A DNA stretch of 64,000 nt from the NCBI GenBank assembly GCA_963664195.1, contig OY760907.1:2784001-2848000 (forward strand), in the 5' to 3' direction. This DNA comes from an uncultured candidate division Zixibacteria bacterium (GTDB lineage Bacteria > Zixibacteria > MSB-5A5 > GN15 > FEB-12). Position 1 is the first letter of the stretch, and each line of letters starts with the position of its first letter. The notes under the pieces were generated by a model. The model saw only the letters and a list, made by a program, of their open reading frames with translations. It was not told the DNA's origin and did no database searches. Below are positions 12,401 through 21,000 of the stretch, piece after piece. Made by a program: the position numbers and the translations under genes.

Positions 12401-15400
12401 GCGGTACTTCCACTTATTGGGATGAAGAGGCGCAGTCGATTTGCTTCTTCTCTGACTGCTGTATAGATAACACGCTCGAAGTCTATGTTACGACCGCCTG
12501 CGGAACGTTTACCTGCGATTTCAACGTGCATGTTGAAACGAACGCTGCCCCGCTGGTTATGCTCCCGCGGGATACCACTATTATCCAGTGCGAGCTTGGC
12601 CCCGTCTGCTTGCCGGTCGGCATAAGCGACGCCGAAGGTAATCTGACCGATGTCACAACTTCCTACGGTATCTACGACGACTACCGCAACGAAGTCTGCT
12701 TCACTCCCGACACTGCCGGTGTGTACACAATCGGCGTGACCGCCACTGACTCCTGTGGAGCCACTCGCACTGACTACGTTACAGTGACCGTCAAGGTCAA
12801 CGAAGCTCCGACTATTTCCTACGTGCCGATTGACTCGGTGCTCAGGCAGTGCGCCCCGGAAGAAGTCTGCATCCCGATAACTATCAGTGACGCCGATGCC
12901 AATATCGTTGACATCACGGTCGAGGGTGGTACATACGACGCCGATCTTCAGCAGGTTTGTCTGATGCCGGACGGTGTTGGCCACTTCTGCATGACCGTCG
13001 ACGTGGTCGACGAGTGCGGACTGACGGCGCAGGAACAGATCTGTGTCGATATCGTTCTTGGCGACTACGTGCAGATCGAGTGCCCTGAAGAGCCGATAGC
13101 CGAACAGGTCCTCTGCGAAGCGACCACGCTCTGTTTCGATCTCCCGATAATTGGTGAGAACGTCACGGTATCGCTCGACTACGGTACCTACGAGAACGGT
13201 CAGGTCTGTTTCCTGGCTGACAATACCCAGACTTACGAAATCACGGTCATCGCCGACGCTCAGTGTAACAGCGACACCTGTCTGATGACTGTCCCTGTGA
13301 CGATTCTTGAACCGTTGGCAATCACCTGCCCGGACGACGACGAGCAATTCGTCTGTCAGCCGGATACGTTCTGCTACGACTTCACGTTCGCACCGGCCTC
13401 GGCTGAGGTTACGGTCAGCGAACCGGCTTATGTCAGCGAGGGCAAGGTTTGCGTCCCGGTTCTCCAGACCGGCGTCCAGACCATCACGCTGACCGCCACC
13501 AACCAGTGCGGCATCGAAACCTGTTCGTTTGATGTAACGGCCACCTTCAACACCTCGCCGGTAGTGACGCTTGGCGACGATGTCACGCTCACTGAATGCG
13601 AATTGTTCAACATCTGCATTCCGCTTACGGTTGAAGACGTTGATGGCAACATAGAGACGCTGGTTGCTACTCACGGCACTATCGACGGTGACACCGCGGT
13701 CTGCTTCACGGCCCCTGACTACGGCACGTACAGTATCGTCGTCTCGGCTGCCGATGAGTGTGGCGAGATTGATGCCGACACTGTTATCGTGACCCTTATT
13801 GAGGGTGATTACGCTTCCATTGAGTGCCCCGACGGCACCCAGTTTGCCTCAATCTGTGGCGCGGATTCAGTTCGTATCCTCGCGCCAATAGCGCCGTCGA
13901 CCGCCACTATCATGATCCTCCCGAACGGCGTCTATGATGCCGAAACCGGAGAGATCGTCATCTGGGTGACTGAGGGTGGTACGCACGAGATTACGATCAT
14001 AGCCGAATCTCAGTGTGGTTCGGATACTTGCCAATTCAACCTCGAAGTTGAAATGGGTATTGCTCCTCAAGTTGTCTGTCCGGGCCAAATTGACACGCTG
14101 CTTTGTTTGGTGGAGCCTGACACGCTCTGCTTCCCGGTCGAGATTACCGGCACCGGCGTCCAGGTCAACGTGAATCCTGCCGGCTATTACGCGGCCGGTG
14201 TGGTTTGCGTACCGATCGACGAGGCCGGAGAGTACAGCTTCGACATAATTGCCTTCGGCCCGTGTGGTACCGACACTTGCACGGTTGATATAAACGTTGC
14301 GGCCGATCAGTTGCCGGAGTTGTTCCTGCCTGAGATGCTCGTTTTCGAGCGTTGCCCTGACGATACCGATATGATCTGCATCGATGGCATATACGCCACG
14401 GACGCGGAGTCCGACGTGACCATTACTCAGGTCTGCGGTCTGGGCGAGTTCACCTCTGCCGAGGGTGACAGCGGCCAGGTTTGCTTCCTCCCGGTCGACT
14501 TCGGCACCGCTGAGTTCTGTTTCGAGGTCACCGACGGCTGTCACACAATTGTCGATACGATGACTGTGGATATTCAGATGAAGGACGACTGCGATGTCTG
14601 CCTGAGGCTGTCTATTGATGGTGGCGAGTCCACTCCGGTTGGCCTCATGAAGCGAGTGACGCTCAATGTCGAAACCAACGACTTGATCGGTGGATTCGAC
14701 ATCCTGTTGAACTATGATCCCACCGCTCTGTCATTCCAGCACGCCACGATGGATGGCGGCGCGGCCTCCGAATGGGAATACTTCACCTGGAACCTTGATG
14801 TCGACGGTGACCTCAGTTCTGCCGGCCTGGTTCGATTCGTCGGCATCGCCGACCAGAATGACGGTATGCATCACCCGCCGTTCGATGCCTACAGTCCCGA
14901 CGGCGCGCTGCTCTTCATCGATTTCCTGGTTGCTAACGACCAGACTCTTGGTGGCGTATACGTGCCGATCAGTTTCCTCTGGCGCGACTGCATGGACAAC
15001 AGTTTCTCTGACCGTACCGGCGAAATTCTGTACATCGACAGCCGGGTATTCAACTACGAGGGCATCCTGATCTGGGACGAGTTCGACGATGCGAGCTATC
15101 CTGATGCGAGTCGTCCGATGGGTATGGGCGCACCGGATTCCTGCATTGTCGAAGACGGCAAAACCCTTCCTTTGCGATGCATCGAGTTCTACAATGGCGG
15201 TGTCCATATCATCCACCCGGATGACATCGACGATCGGGGTGACATAAACCTCAACGGCGTATCCAATGAAATCGCCGACGTGGTGGTCTTCACGAACTAC
15301 TTCATCAACGGGCTGGCCGCATTTACCATTAGCATTCCGGGCCAGATAGCAGCGACCGATGTCAATGCCGACGGTCTCACGCTCACCGTTGCTGACCTCA

Positions 15401-16086
15401 CGATGTTGATTCGCATCGTTGTGGGCGACGTTACTTCGATTCCGAAGCTGGTGCCATACGCCGATCAGGCGGAAGTCACTACCGGATTCGCCGATGGTAA
15501 GCTGGAGATCGGCGCGGAGACCTCAAACGGCATAGGTGCGGCCTATTTCATCTTTGACATTCCTGGCGATGTTGTGCCGGGTACACCGATTCTGACGGAC
15601 GCTTGCGCCGGATTCGAGATTGGCCACTCAGTATCCGACGGACAGTTGAAAGTCCTGCTGTATAACATCGGCAAGGCTTCGATTGACTGCGGACTGAATG
15701 AACTGCTGTCCATCCCGATTGACGGAGCAGGCGAGATTACTCTGGCGCATTCCGAACTGGTTGATTACCAGGGTCGTCCGTACAACTCGGTCGGCAAGAC
15801 TGCACTGCCGAAGGACTTCGCCGTCATGCAGAACTATCCGAACCCGTTCAACCCGACCACGACCGTCAGTTTCCTGATGCCGGCACCCGGTGACTGGACC
15901 CTCCAGATATTCAATATCACCGGCGCCCTGGTGAATGAGTACAGCGGAAGCGGTCAGGGTGGCCAGATCAACGTGGTCTGGGACAGCTACTGCTCCGACG
16001 GATCGAAGGCTGCCTCGGGTGTCTACTTCTACAGGGTGGACGCTTCAAACAAGTCCGAGACTCGCAAGATGATCTTGCTTAAATAG
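6418..16086 (+). CDS. Giant secreted Cys-rich acidic repeat protein (cadherin/HYR-like Ig modules) with cohesin-like, dockerin-like and T9SS type A/FlgD-Ig C-terminal domains
   Basis: GGAGGA RBS; signal peptide; about 30 modules of about 85 aa (VCFxP..G.Y..TATDECG); GDINLNG...DVNADG dockerin pair; QNYPNPFNP...SGVYFYR...RKMILLK terminus. Confidence 0.9.
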   Translation: MNRRRSLLSLLVLTFVCVSLFSPLATADQSVPNSGPSRVDTPVEPLWVPTFVLPDDTVLVWCEAEQYCFDITAADADESDSLLLSLVSGPIAYEPELFGYEFTTTVCFTPETSGDYTFVWQLTDKQQHVLVDTVTFTVELGFIPSIEDQQFFAELCNLHEDRILELGIAADGTTYELVSGPGALDPQTGQLAYQPDTSGTYTFEVAAFSECGADTATITDEVVLNLPPYCLPYDTVVYLCDPEEVCFDVFAVDPEGDPIVLSMLEGPGTFTQTSDTSGTACFMPGDVEHAIYNFVFYSADSCVQSHDDPNKAPMCCIDTFHVEVIITEPGDLACPGDTTIDLCVPPELVPNEICLTGFTSTWETTEVSLGTLDGETVCFPTDGLGTYTISMYGSDTCGHADTCTMQVTLRGNEVPVLMMADDFEDEFCLADTICFSATASDPDGNIVEYDLNLGTYDPETETICLGVDAAGTYEVIMTVTDACGATATDTTVVTLTPVDPPTVSLGDDMQFAFCAPQTVCIPATITSDREVTVLTSIGTWDEQGNMVCFLAETADVYELILTVQDDCGNQAADTVLVDVQLDTPPVIEGLYDTTIALCDPGEVCIPVQITDVDDDNLVISTSIGTYADGQICFMAEGSGSYSLTVTATDECENTVSETVTVDVAVGSAPVIAGLADTGIYLCYPREICIPVEVTDIDGDITEITSSLGTFADGQVCFVPYNKGDYQIVVTATDECGHVAVDTANIEVKTDQDVHIVCPNDTLIFLCEPDTLCFPIEGIPDGAEVTVGGTATYWNEETQSICFVSDCCLENTLSVAVTTACGTHTCEFTVEVQTNSQPLVMMPTDTTVFLCEDGTVCLPVGISDIDGNIAEVTVEGGTYDDYENTVCFEPNGEGHYTISVHVIDSCGAERTDEMNVTIDLNAPPVLTTLFAETLIYQCELEEICIPLNIFDVNENLQGIVADQSGTWGPIGEGHIDTNFCYLPDSFGEHCITFTATDECGLTDELQVCFTIEQPSVVAIECPDPASLAVCGPGAVCFPVTITGDPSEVTTSVGWYDNGQVCVHTDDLPFTEIVIIAVGDCNTDTCVTEFNLEMVDSPDITCPNDTTVSLCGPETLIIPFEISGGDGPNQMITASAPATVEFDNGWFVLVPVSETGTQTVTLTHSSLPCEPAECSFDVTAVFNSAPKVEMNDLTVSYCELQEVCVPFWADDVDNNITDITSSFGSVILDGEGPTVALAPLKLQDRVGLQMTPPTGEVCFIPDAFGDYSLTVTVTDECGEQADVTVTATVNERSKVEISCPVNPAPFTFCELGTQCIPLPIIGDEFTVDASFGNWENDQLCVTVEQYGLYQITVVAESECNNDTCTFQVEFLEPVEVTCSVADTTLFLCENDPATIQIPVTVTGDDAVVTVEPAGEYADGFVTVTVGDFGVSEFTVTATNACSESDCSFTVGLSWNAAPVVEAADTSLSFCELAEICVPFEATDADGNLYEIRTSLGVVRDGHVCFTPDAYGDHQITITATDECEASSEKTITVTVTEGTSVAIDCPVDPFYLWVEVPDTIRIPVAITPTDEVEITVSPDGYYDAAAGELVAYVTSTGMYQYDITAVAECNTETCQVNVEIGQYVPPIVTCIGSVDTALCLTQPTTLCLPVTVTGSNVEVLVSDPAYYENGNVCLEVTEAGNYTIDVTAFNDRDTATCTSELVVTGGNPPTLVMPDDFTTRLCEPDDICFEVTIEDTDFDITRLDISLGTYDAGSGHVCFFADVAGDYPIEIRVADDCGNEITKSTVVTVEFNDAPVVVLPDDYSAFLCDLSEICVDVTITDTEDVTVTSNIGQYDSQTGQVCFTPDGPGTYEITVEATDDCEAVGSDTIAIDVLGNTPPTISGLNDTSVYVCYPTEMCLTLDVYDIDDNIQSIDVSYGTYENGQVCFVPYAAGSYEVIATVTDECGEVAVDTATVDVHTDQEVEIVCPGDTSIFLCEPETLCFPIGGIPEGATVDVGGTSTYWDEEAQSICFFSDCCIDNTLEVYVTTACGTFTCDFNVHVETNAAPLVMLPRDTTIIQCELGPVCLPVGISDAEGNLTDVTTSYGIYDDYRNEVCFTPDTAGVYTIGVTATDSCGATRTDYVTVTVKVNEAPTISYVPIDSVLRQCAPEEVCIPITISDADANIVDITVEGGTYDADLQQVCLMPDGVGHFCMTVDVVDECGLTAQEQICVDIVLGDYVQIECPEEPIAEQVLCEATTLCFDLPIIGENVTVSLDYGTYENGQVCFLADNTQTYEITVIADAQCNSDTCLMTVPVTILEPLAITCPDDDEQFVCQPDTFCYDFTFAPASAEVTVSEPAYVSEGKVCVPVLQTGVQTITLTATNQCGIETCSFDVTATFNTSPVVTLGDDVTLTECELFNICIPLTVEDVDGNIETLVATHGTIDGDTAVCFTAPDYGTYSIVVSAADECGEIDADTVIVTLIEGDYASIECPDGTQFASICGADSVRILAPIAPSTATIMILPNGVYDAETGEIVIWVTEGGTHEITIIAESQCGSDTCQFNLEVEMGIAPQVVCPGQIDTLLCLVEPDTLCFPVEITGTGVQVNVNPAGYYAAGVVCVPIDEAGEYSFDIIAFGPCGTDTCTVDINVAADQLPELFLPEMLVFERCPDDTDMICIDGIYATDAESDVTITQVCGLGEFTSAEGDSGQVCFLPVDFGTAEFCFEVTDGCHTIVDTMTVDIQMKDDCDVCLRLSIDGGESTPVGLMKRVTLNVETNDLIGGFDILLNYDPTALSFQHATMDGGAASEWEYFTWNLDVDGDLSSAGLVRFVGIADQNDGMHHPPFDAYSPDGALLFIDFLVANDQTLGGVYVPISFLWRDCMDNSFSDRTGEILYIDSRVFNYEGILIWDEFDDASYPDASRPMGMGAPDSCIVEDGKTLPLRCIEFYNGGVHIIHPDDIDDRGDINLNGVSNEIADVVVFTNYFINGLAAFTISIPGQIAATDVNADGLTLTVADLTMLIRIVVGDVTSIPKLVPYADQAEVTTGFADGKLEIGAETSNGIGAAYFIFDIPGDVVPGTPILTDACAGFEIGHSVSDGQLKVLLYNIGKASIDCGLNELLSIPIDGAGEITLAHSELVDYQGRPYNSVGKTALPKDFAVMQNYPNPFNPTTTVSFLMPAPGDWTLQIFNITGALVNEYSGSGQGGQINVVWDSYCSDGSKAASGVYFYRVDASNKSETRKMILLK

Positions 16087-16110
16087 ATATTCCCCATCGT
16101 ATCTTTCCTC

Positions 16111-16151
16111 GACGGCGTCCGGACACATCAACTGGACGCCGTCACTTTTTT
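16111..16151 (+). terminator. Intrinsic terminator after giant gene
   Basis: GACGGCGTCC/GGACGCCGTC perfect stem followed by ACTTTTTT. Confidence 0.8.
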
Positions 16152-16215
16152 GTGCAGTACAAGGGGAGGTCGACGTGTCGTCTAACCCAGACTCGTGGTC
16201 TACATTCTGAATTGT

Positions 16216-16686
16216 CTATTTGTGATAAGAACTACCGGCGAGAATCGAGAAGCCCCGGTATATCTGTTCAAGAAGCACCAACCGCACTAACTGATGCGAA
16301 AACGTCAACTCTGAAAGAGAGAGGATCGTCTCGGCACGAGCCAGAAGATGTTCATGCAGGCCGTACGGACCGCCGATGAGAATCGTGACCGAACCACCCG
16401 AGATCGACTGTTGCTTCTGGAGCCATCGAGCGAAACTTCTGGAATCGTGTCTCTTGCCTCGATCACTCAGAGCGATGAACCGCGATGATCCGAGAGCTTT
16501 GTCGAACCGCTGAGCCTCGCGCTTCTTAATTTCATCCGGTGACAGGGAAGAAGTGGATTTGAGGCCGGGCAGAAGATCAATCTGAACGTTTGCGTATCGA
16601 GAGAGAAGTTTGAGATAGTGTTCGGATCCTTCGGTGACCCAGGGATCCTTGTCCTTGCCGATTGCGACAACGCGAATCCTAAGCAA
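16216..16686 (-). CDS. rlmH: 23S rRNA m3Psi1915 methyltransferase
   Basis: IGGPYG, LSLSELTFSHQLVRLVLLEQIYR, YHK terminus. Confidence 0.96.
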   Translation of the reverse strand: MLRIRVVAIGKDKDPWVTEGSEHYLKLLSRYANVQIDLLPGLKSTSSLSPDEIKKREAQRFDKALGSSRFIALSDRGKRHDSRSFARWLQKQQSISGGSVTILIGGPYGLHEHLLARAETILSLSELTFSHQLVRLVLLEQIYRGFSILAGSSYHK

Positions 16687-17077
16687 ATCTGCTCACCTTG
16701 ACGAGAAGCTTGCGATTACGAGGACCGTCAAAGTCACAGAAGTAAATCCCCTGCCACGTTCCGAGAACAAGACGGCCATCCTCGATCAACACCTGCTCCG
16801 AAGCGCCCATGAGAGAGGCTTTCAGGTGGGCGTCGGAATTGCCCTCGCTGTGATGATATCCGTCCTGTTGGGGGATTTCCTTGTTCAGCTTGTAGATCAA
16901 ATCGCGTTGCACGTCAGGGTCAGCGTTTTCGTTGATCGTTATGCCGGCGGTCGTGTGCGGCACAAAGCAGAAAGCCAGCCCCGATATGATCCCGCTCTCC
17001 TCTACTGCCTCCCTGACGAGGGAAGTGACATCAACCAATTGTTCACGCTGTGTTGTCTTGACTGCAAACTGACGCAT
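16679..17077 (-). CDS. yjbQ: YjbQ/UPF0047 family protein
   Basis: HTTAGITINENADPDV, EGNSDAHLK, LGTWQGIYFCDFDGPR. Confidence 0.93.
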   Translation of the reverse strand: MRQFAVKTTQREQLVDVTSLVREAVEESGIISGLAFCFVPHTTAGITINENADPDVQRDLIYKLNKEIPQQDGYHHSEGNSDAHLKASLMGASEQVLIEDGRLVLGTWQGIYFCDFDGPRNRKLLVKVSRFA

Positions 17078-17991
17078 CAGTCGAACAACGCCTCCGCGAA
17101 TTGTTTGGGATCAAACTGCTGAATGTCATCGATCTGCTCGCCCAGCCCCACGAAGTCAACCGGCACACCAAGTTCTTCGGCCACCGCAATGACGATGCCG
17201 CCCTTGGCCGTACCGTCAAGCTTGGTGATGATGATGCCGTCGCAGCCAACCGCTTCGGTGAACACTTTCACCTGCGACACGGCGTTCTGACCGGTATTGC
17301 CGTCAATAATCAGCTTGCTTAGAATCGTGGCGTCAGGAGCCGCCTTAGTGACCACGCGTTTGATCTTCTTCAGCTCTTCCATCAGGTTGGCTTTGGTGTG
17401 CAGACGTCCCGCAGTGTCGATCAACAGAATATCCGTTCCTCTTGCGCGGGCCGCACTGGCGGCGTCGAAAGCAACCGAGGCAGGGTCAGCGGCTTCCTGT
17501 GAACGGACAATCTCCACGCCGCTCCGCTCGGCCCAGATGGCTATTTGATCGATAGCGGCCGCACGGAACGTGTCGCAGGCGCCGATCATGACCTTCTTGT
17601 TCTGCGAGGCGAACAGCGTCGCCAGTTTGCCGATAGTCGTCGTTTTACCGACGCCGTTAACACCGGTGATAAGCCAGATAATCGGTCTACCTGCGTCGGT
17701 AGGGAAGAGGTCCTTTGCGCCGTTGCCAAGAATGTTAGCGATTTCCTCTTTGAGCAGTCCCATGACTTCCTCACCTTCGGTGAGTTTCTGCGCGCGGGCC
17801 TTCTCTTTCATATTCTCGATAAGGCGGAAAGTGGCCTGGACGCCGACATCGGCCTGAATCAGGATCTCTTCGATTTCGTCAAGAAGGTCGTCGTCGATTT
17901 TGCGACGAGTCACTACTTTGGCAATCTTACCGAGCAAATTGTCTTTAGTCTTGCTGAGGGACTTCTTCAGCTTCGCAAGTGAACCGAACAT
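17077..17991 (-). CDS. ftsY: SRP receptor GTPase (NG domain only)
   Basis: GVNGVGKTTTIGKLA, DTFRAAA, DTAGRLH, TKLDGTAKGG. Confidence 0.97.
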   Translation of the reverse strand: MFGSLAKLKKSLSKTKDNLLGKIAKVVTRRKIDDDLLDEIEEILIQADVGVQATFRLIENMKEKARAQKLTEGEEVMGLLKEEIANILGNGAKDLFPTDAGRPIIWLITGVNGVGKTTTIGKLATLFASQNKKVMIGACDTFRAAAIDQIAIWAERSGVEIVRSQEAADPASVAFDAASAARARGTDILLIDTAGRLHTKANLMEELKKIKRVVTKAAPDATILSKLIIDGNTGQNAVSQVKVFTEAVGCDGIIITKLDGTAKGGIVIAVAEELGVPVDFVGLGEQIDDIQQFDPKQFAEALFD

Positions 17992-18002
17992 ATTCGCGTT
18001 GC

Positions 18003-21000
18003 CTATTCTTCGGTGTCTTTTGGTGTTACCGCCACATCCGGGTTGATCCGTCCCTGGATGCTTGCCGGCAATTCGTCGGAGAGTTCTTCCTCCTCGACTT
18101 TGTCAATCTCGATCAGGTCGCCGCTGCCGTTACCGTCCTCGGTACCTTCCGCGAACTTTACCGCCACCAGTTTCGATACACCCGGACGCTCCATCGTGAC
18201 ACCGTAGAGGTTGTTGGAGGTCTGCATGGTGATCTTGTTGTGTGTGATGATGATAAACTGCGTGCGGCGGGAGAAGTTCCGAATGATCGTCAGGAAGCGG
18301 TGGCAGTTGGCGTCATCAAGCGGAGCATCGATTTCGTCGAGAATGCAGAACGGCGACGGCTTCACAAGATAGAGGGAGAACAGCAGGGCGATCGATGTAA
18401 GTGCCCGCTCACCTCCGGAGAGGATTGTGATCGGGAGCAGTTTCTTGCCACCCGGACGGGCGATGATGTCAATGTCTGATTCAAGCGGATCGTCGGGGTC
18501 AACCAGACTGATCGCTGCCTCGCCACCTTTGAACAACTCCACGAAGAGTTGCCTGAAGTTCTCCTGTACCTTGGCAAACGTCTCATTGAAAAGATCTCGT
18601 GCCGTGTGGTTGATCTTATTGATGGTGTTTTTCAGATCGTTCTTGGCGGTGCTGAGATCAGTTAGCTGCTCGTTGAGGAATTTCTCACGTTCCGCGGCGA
18701 CTTCGTATTCTTCGAGTGCCAGAAGGTTGACGGCGCCAATCTTCTTGACCCGCTCCTTCAATTCGTGGACGTGCTCGCCTATCTGTTCGTCCGCGATCTG
18801 TTCTTCCGGTCGTGCCGGTTCTTCGAGCACCGTCAGATCGATTTCGTGATCCTCGCGCACGTTCTCAACTAGGCTGACAATCTCAGATTCAATCGCGGTC
18901 AACCTGATTTCAGCTTTGTGTAACTCGTCAGCGACAGTGTCTTTTTCAGACCGGAGTCTTTTGGCTTCTTCTTCCTGCGTTGAGGTTCTCTCAGACAACT
19001 CAGCTTGAACTTCGCGGAGCTTCTCCTGCCGGGCTGTTTTGCTGTCGCGATCTTCGAAGGATTGGCGCAGCAGTCCTTCAAGCCTCTCAATCGTTTCGTC
19101 CGAATTGACGATGTCTTCTTGGGCCTGGTCGATTTCCTCAGACTTGGAGTCGCTAGTCTGGCGGATGTCGTTGCTGATCTCCCGGATGTGCGATATCTGG
19201 CTTTCGGTCTGCTGTGCGAAAGATCGGGCCTCGATCAGTGATACTTGCGAACGGGAAACGCGGTCGGCCGCTTCCGCTGCCGCACGTTCCAAGTCCTCCA
19301 GTCGTGTGCCGGACTGACTCATGTCACGGACGAGGTTCTCTTTCTGGCTGGCCAGTTGGTTGGCGTCCAGTCCAAGAGAATACTGACGATCCCTGATGCT
19401 TTCCAAACGCATGCTGAGATTCTGTTTCTCTTTCTGCAGACGCTCGAACTCGGCTGACAGGCTGCGACTGCCGAACTCACATTCGCCGAGCTTCCCCTGG
19501 AGTACATCTATCTCTTCTCCCAGGGAATCCAATTCATTGTTGAGCTGACCGGATTCGGCTCGCAGCGCACCGAGTTTAGCGGTGTTCTGGTTCTTCTGTT
19601 CCTGCGCGAATTCGAGTTTATTTTGGAATTCGGAGATCATCGATTCCTGTTCCGCGACTTTCTCTTTGCGACGGAAAAGCGGGAAACGATCATCGGAGCC
19701 GCCAGAGACGAAATTGCCTCCGTACAGGACGCCGTCGGTGGACACTGCCGAGAAACCGTAGGGGAGACGCTCCAGAATAGCATCGGTCTGCGTTCCCGCT
19801 TCAAACACCAGCGTGCGGGACAGTACGGAATCCTTGAGCGGCTTGAGGGGTTCGTCGGTAGTCACAAACTTATCGAGCCAGCCGACTACACCGGGGATGT
19901 CAATCTCCGGTCGTTTCACCGCCGGTGAAATCGTGCCGCTGCTCGGGACAAGGATGCCCGCCTTGCCCTTACTCTCAGCTTTAAGGTATTCGATGACTCG
20001 TTTGGCCTCGCTGCGGTCGTAGCAGATCAGGTAACGGGCGACATCGCCCAGCGCCGCTTCGAGCACGGTCTCCATACCCTCCACCGGGACGAACATATCG
20101 GCAACAGTTCCTGCCACACCCGGCCAGCGGTCCTTGACTTCCATCGCGGCCACAACACCGGATTCGTATCCCTCGAACTGAAGTATCATCTCTTCGAGCA
20201 GGTTGCGACGTGCCTGGCAGGCTTCGATCGAAGCGGTCAGGTTGGACAACTCAAGTGACAGCTCTTCGCCGGATTCAACCCGCTCTTCCATCTCTGCGAC
20301 CAGCTCGGTCTGACGGTTGTCCTTCTGATTGCGCTGAGTGGTTTTGCCGTTGAGTTGCGCGCGAAGTTCTTCGATCTCTGAGACGATTGCCTTTTGTTTC
20401 GGGAGATTCTCCTGAATTTGTCTTTCAAAGTCGGCAATGGTCGCGCTCAACTCACTCTGTTGCTCGCGAAGGTTGTTCTCTTCCGTCATCCCTGAGGACA
20501 AACGGCCCTCGAGTTCAACAAGCTTCTTGGTTTCGTCTTCTTTGACGAGTCGTCCGGCCAGCAGTTGCTCGTCGGCTTTGGTCTGCATTGCTTGAGCTTC
20601 GGCGAGCGCCGTACCGAGTTTTCGCTCTTCTTCTTTTTGTCTGGCCAGCTCTTCTTCGGCAAGTCGGCTCTGTTCTTTGAGCGCATCAGCGCGTTTGTCC
20701 AGCGCTTCCAGATCGGTCGTGTTGCGCTCGATCAGGTGACGGGCGTTGGCCTTCTTTTCGTTCAGGACCGATATCTCACGCTCCGTCTGGTGCGCGGTCT
20801 CTGTAATAGAGTATATCTCTCCGTTGATCTCGGTCAGTTGGCGTTCCAGTCCAACCAGTTCTCTGCGGTCGACCTCGAGCTGTGCGTATGCCTTGTCAAG
20901 CGAGGTTTGACGTCCTGACTTCTGGTCGGAGAGACCGTCGAATGTTGCACGAAGATCACGTTTTTCGCGCTGAAGAGTTTTCACGCGTCTTGACCCGATG

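Noticed and set aside
11896..13674. 592-aa antisense ORF (also 6472-7947 and others opposite the giant gene)
   Set aside because: Shadow ORFs arising from codon bias of the sense gene; no motifs or translation signals.
6418..14590. Periodic DNA similarity that might suggest a CRISPR or DGR array
   Set aside because: The repeats are degenerate in-frame protein modules. There are no identical repeats with spacers and no cas or reverse transcriptase gene.
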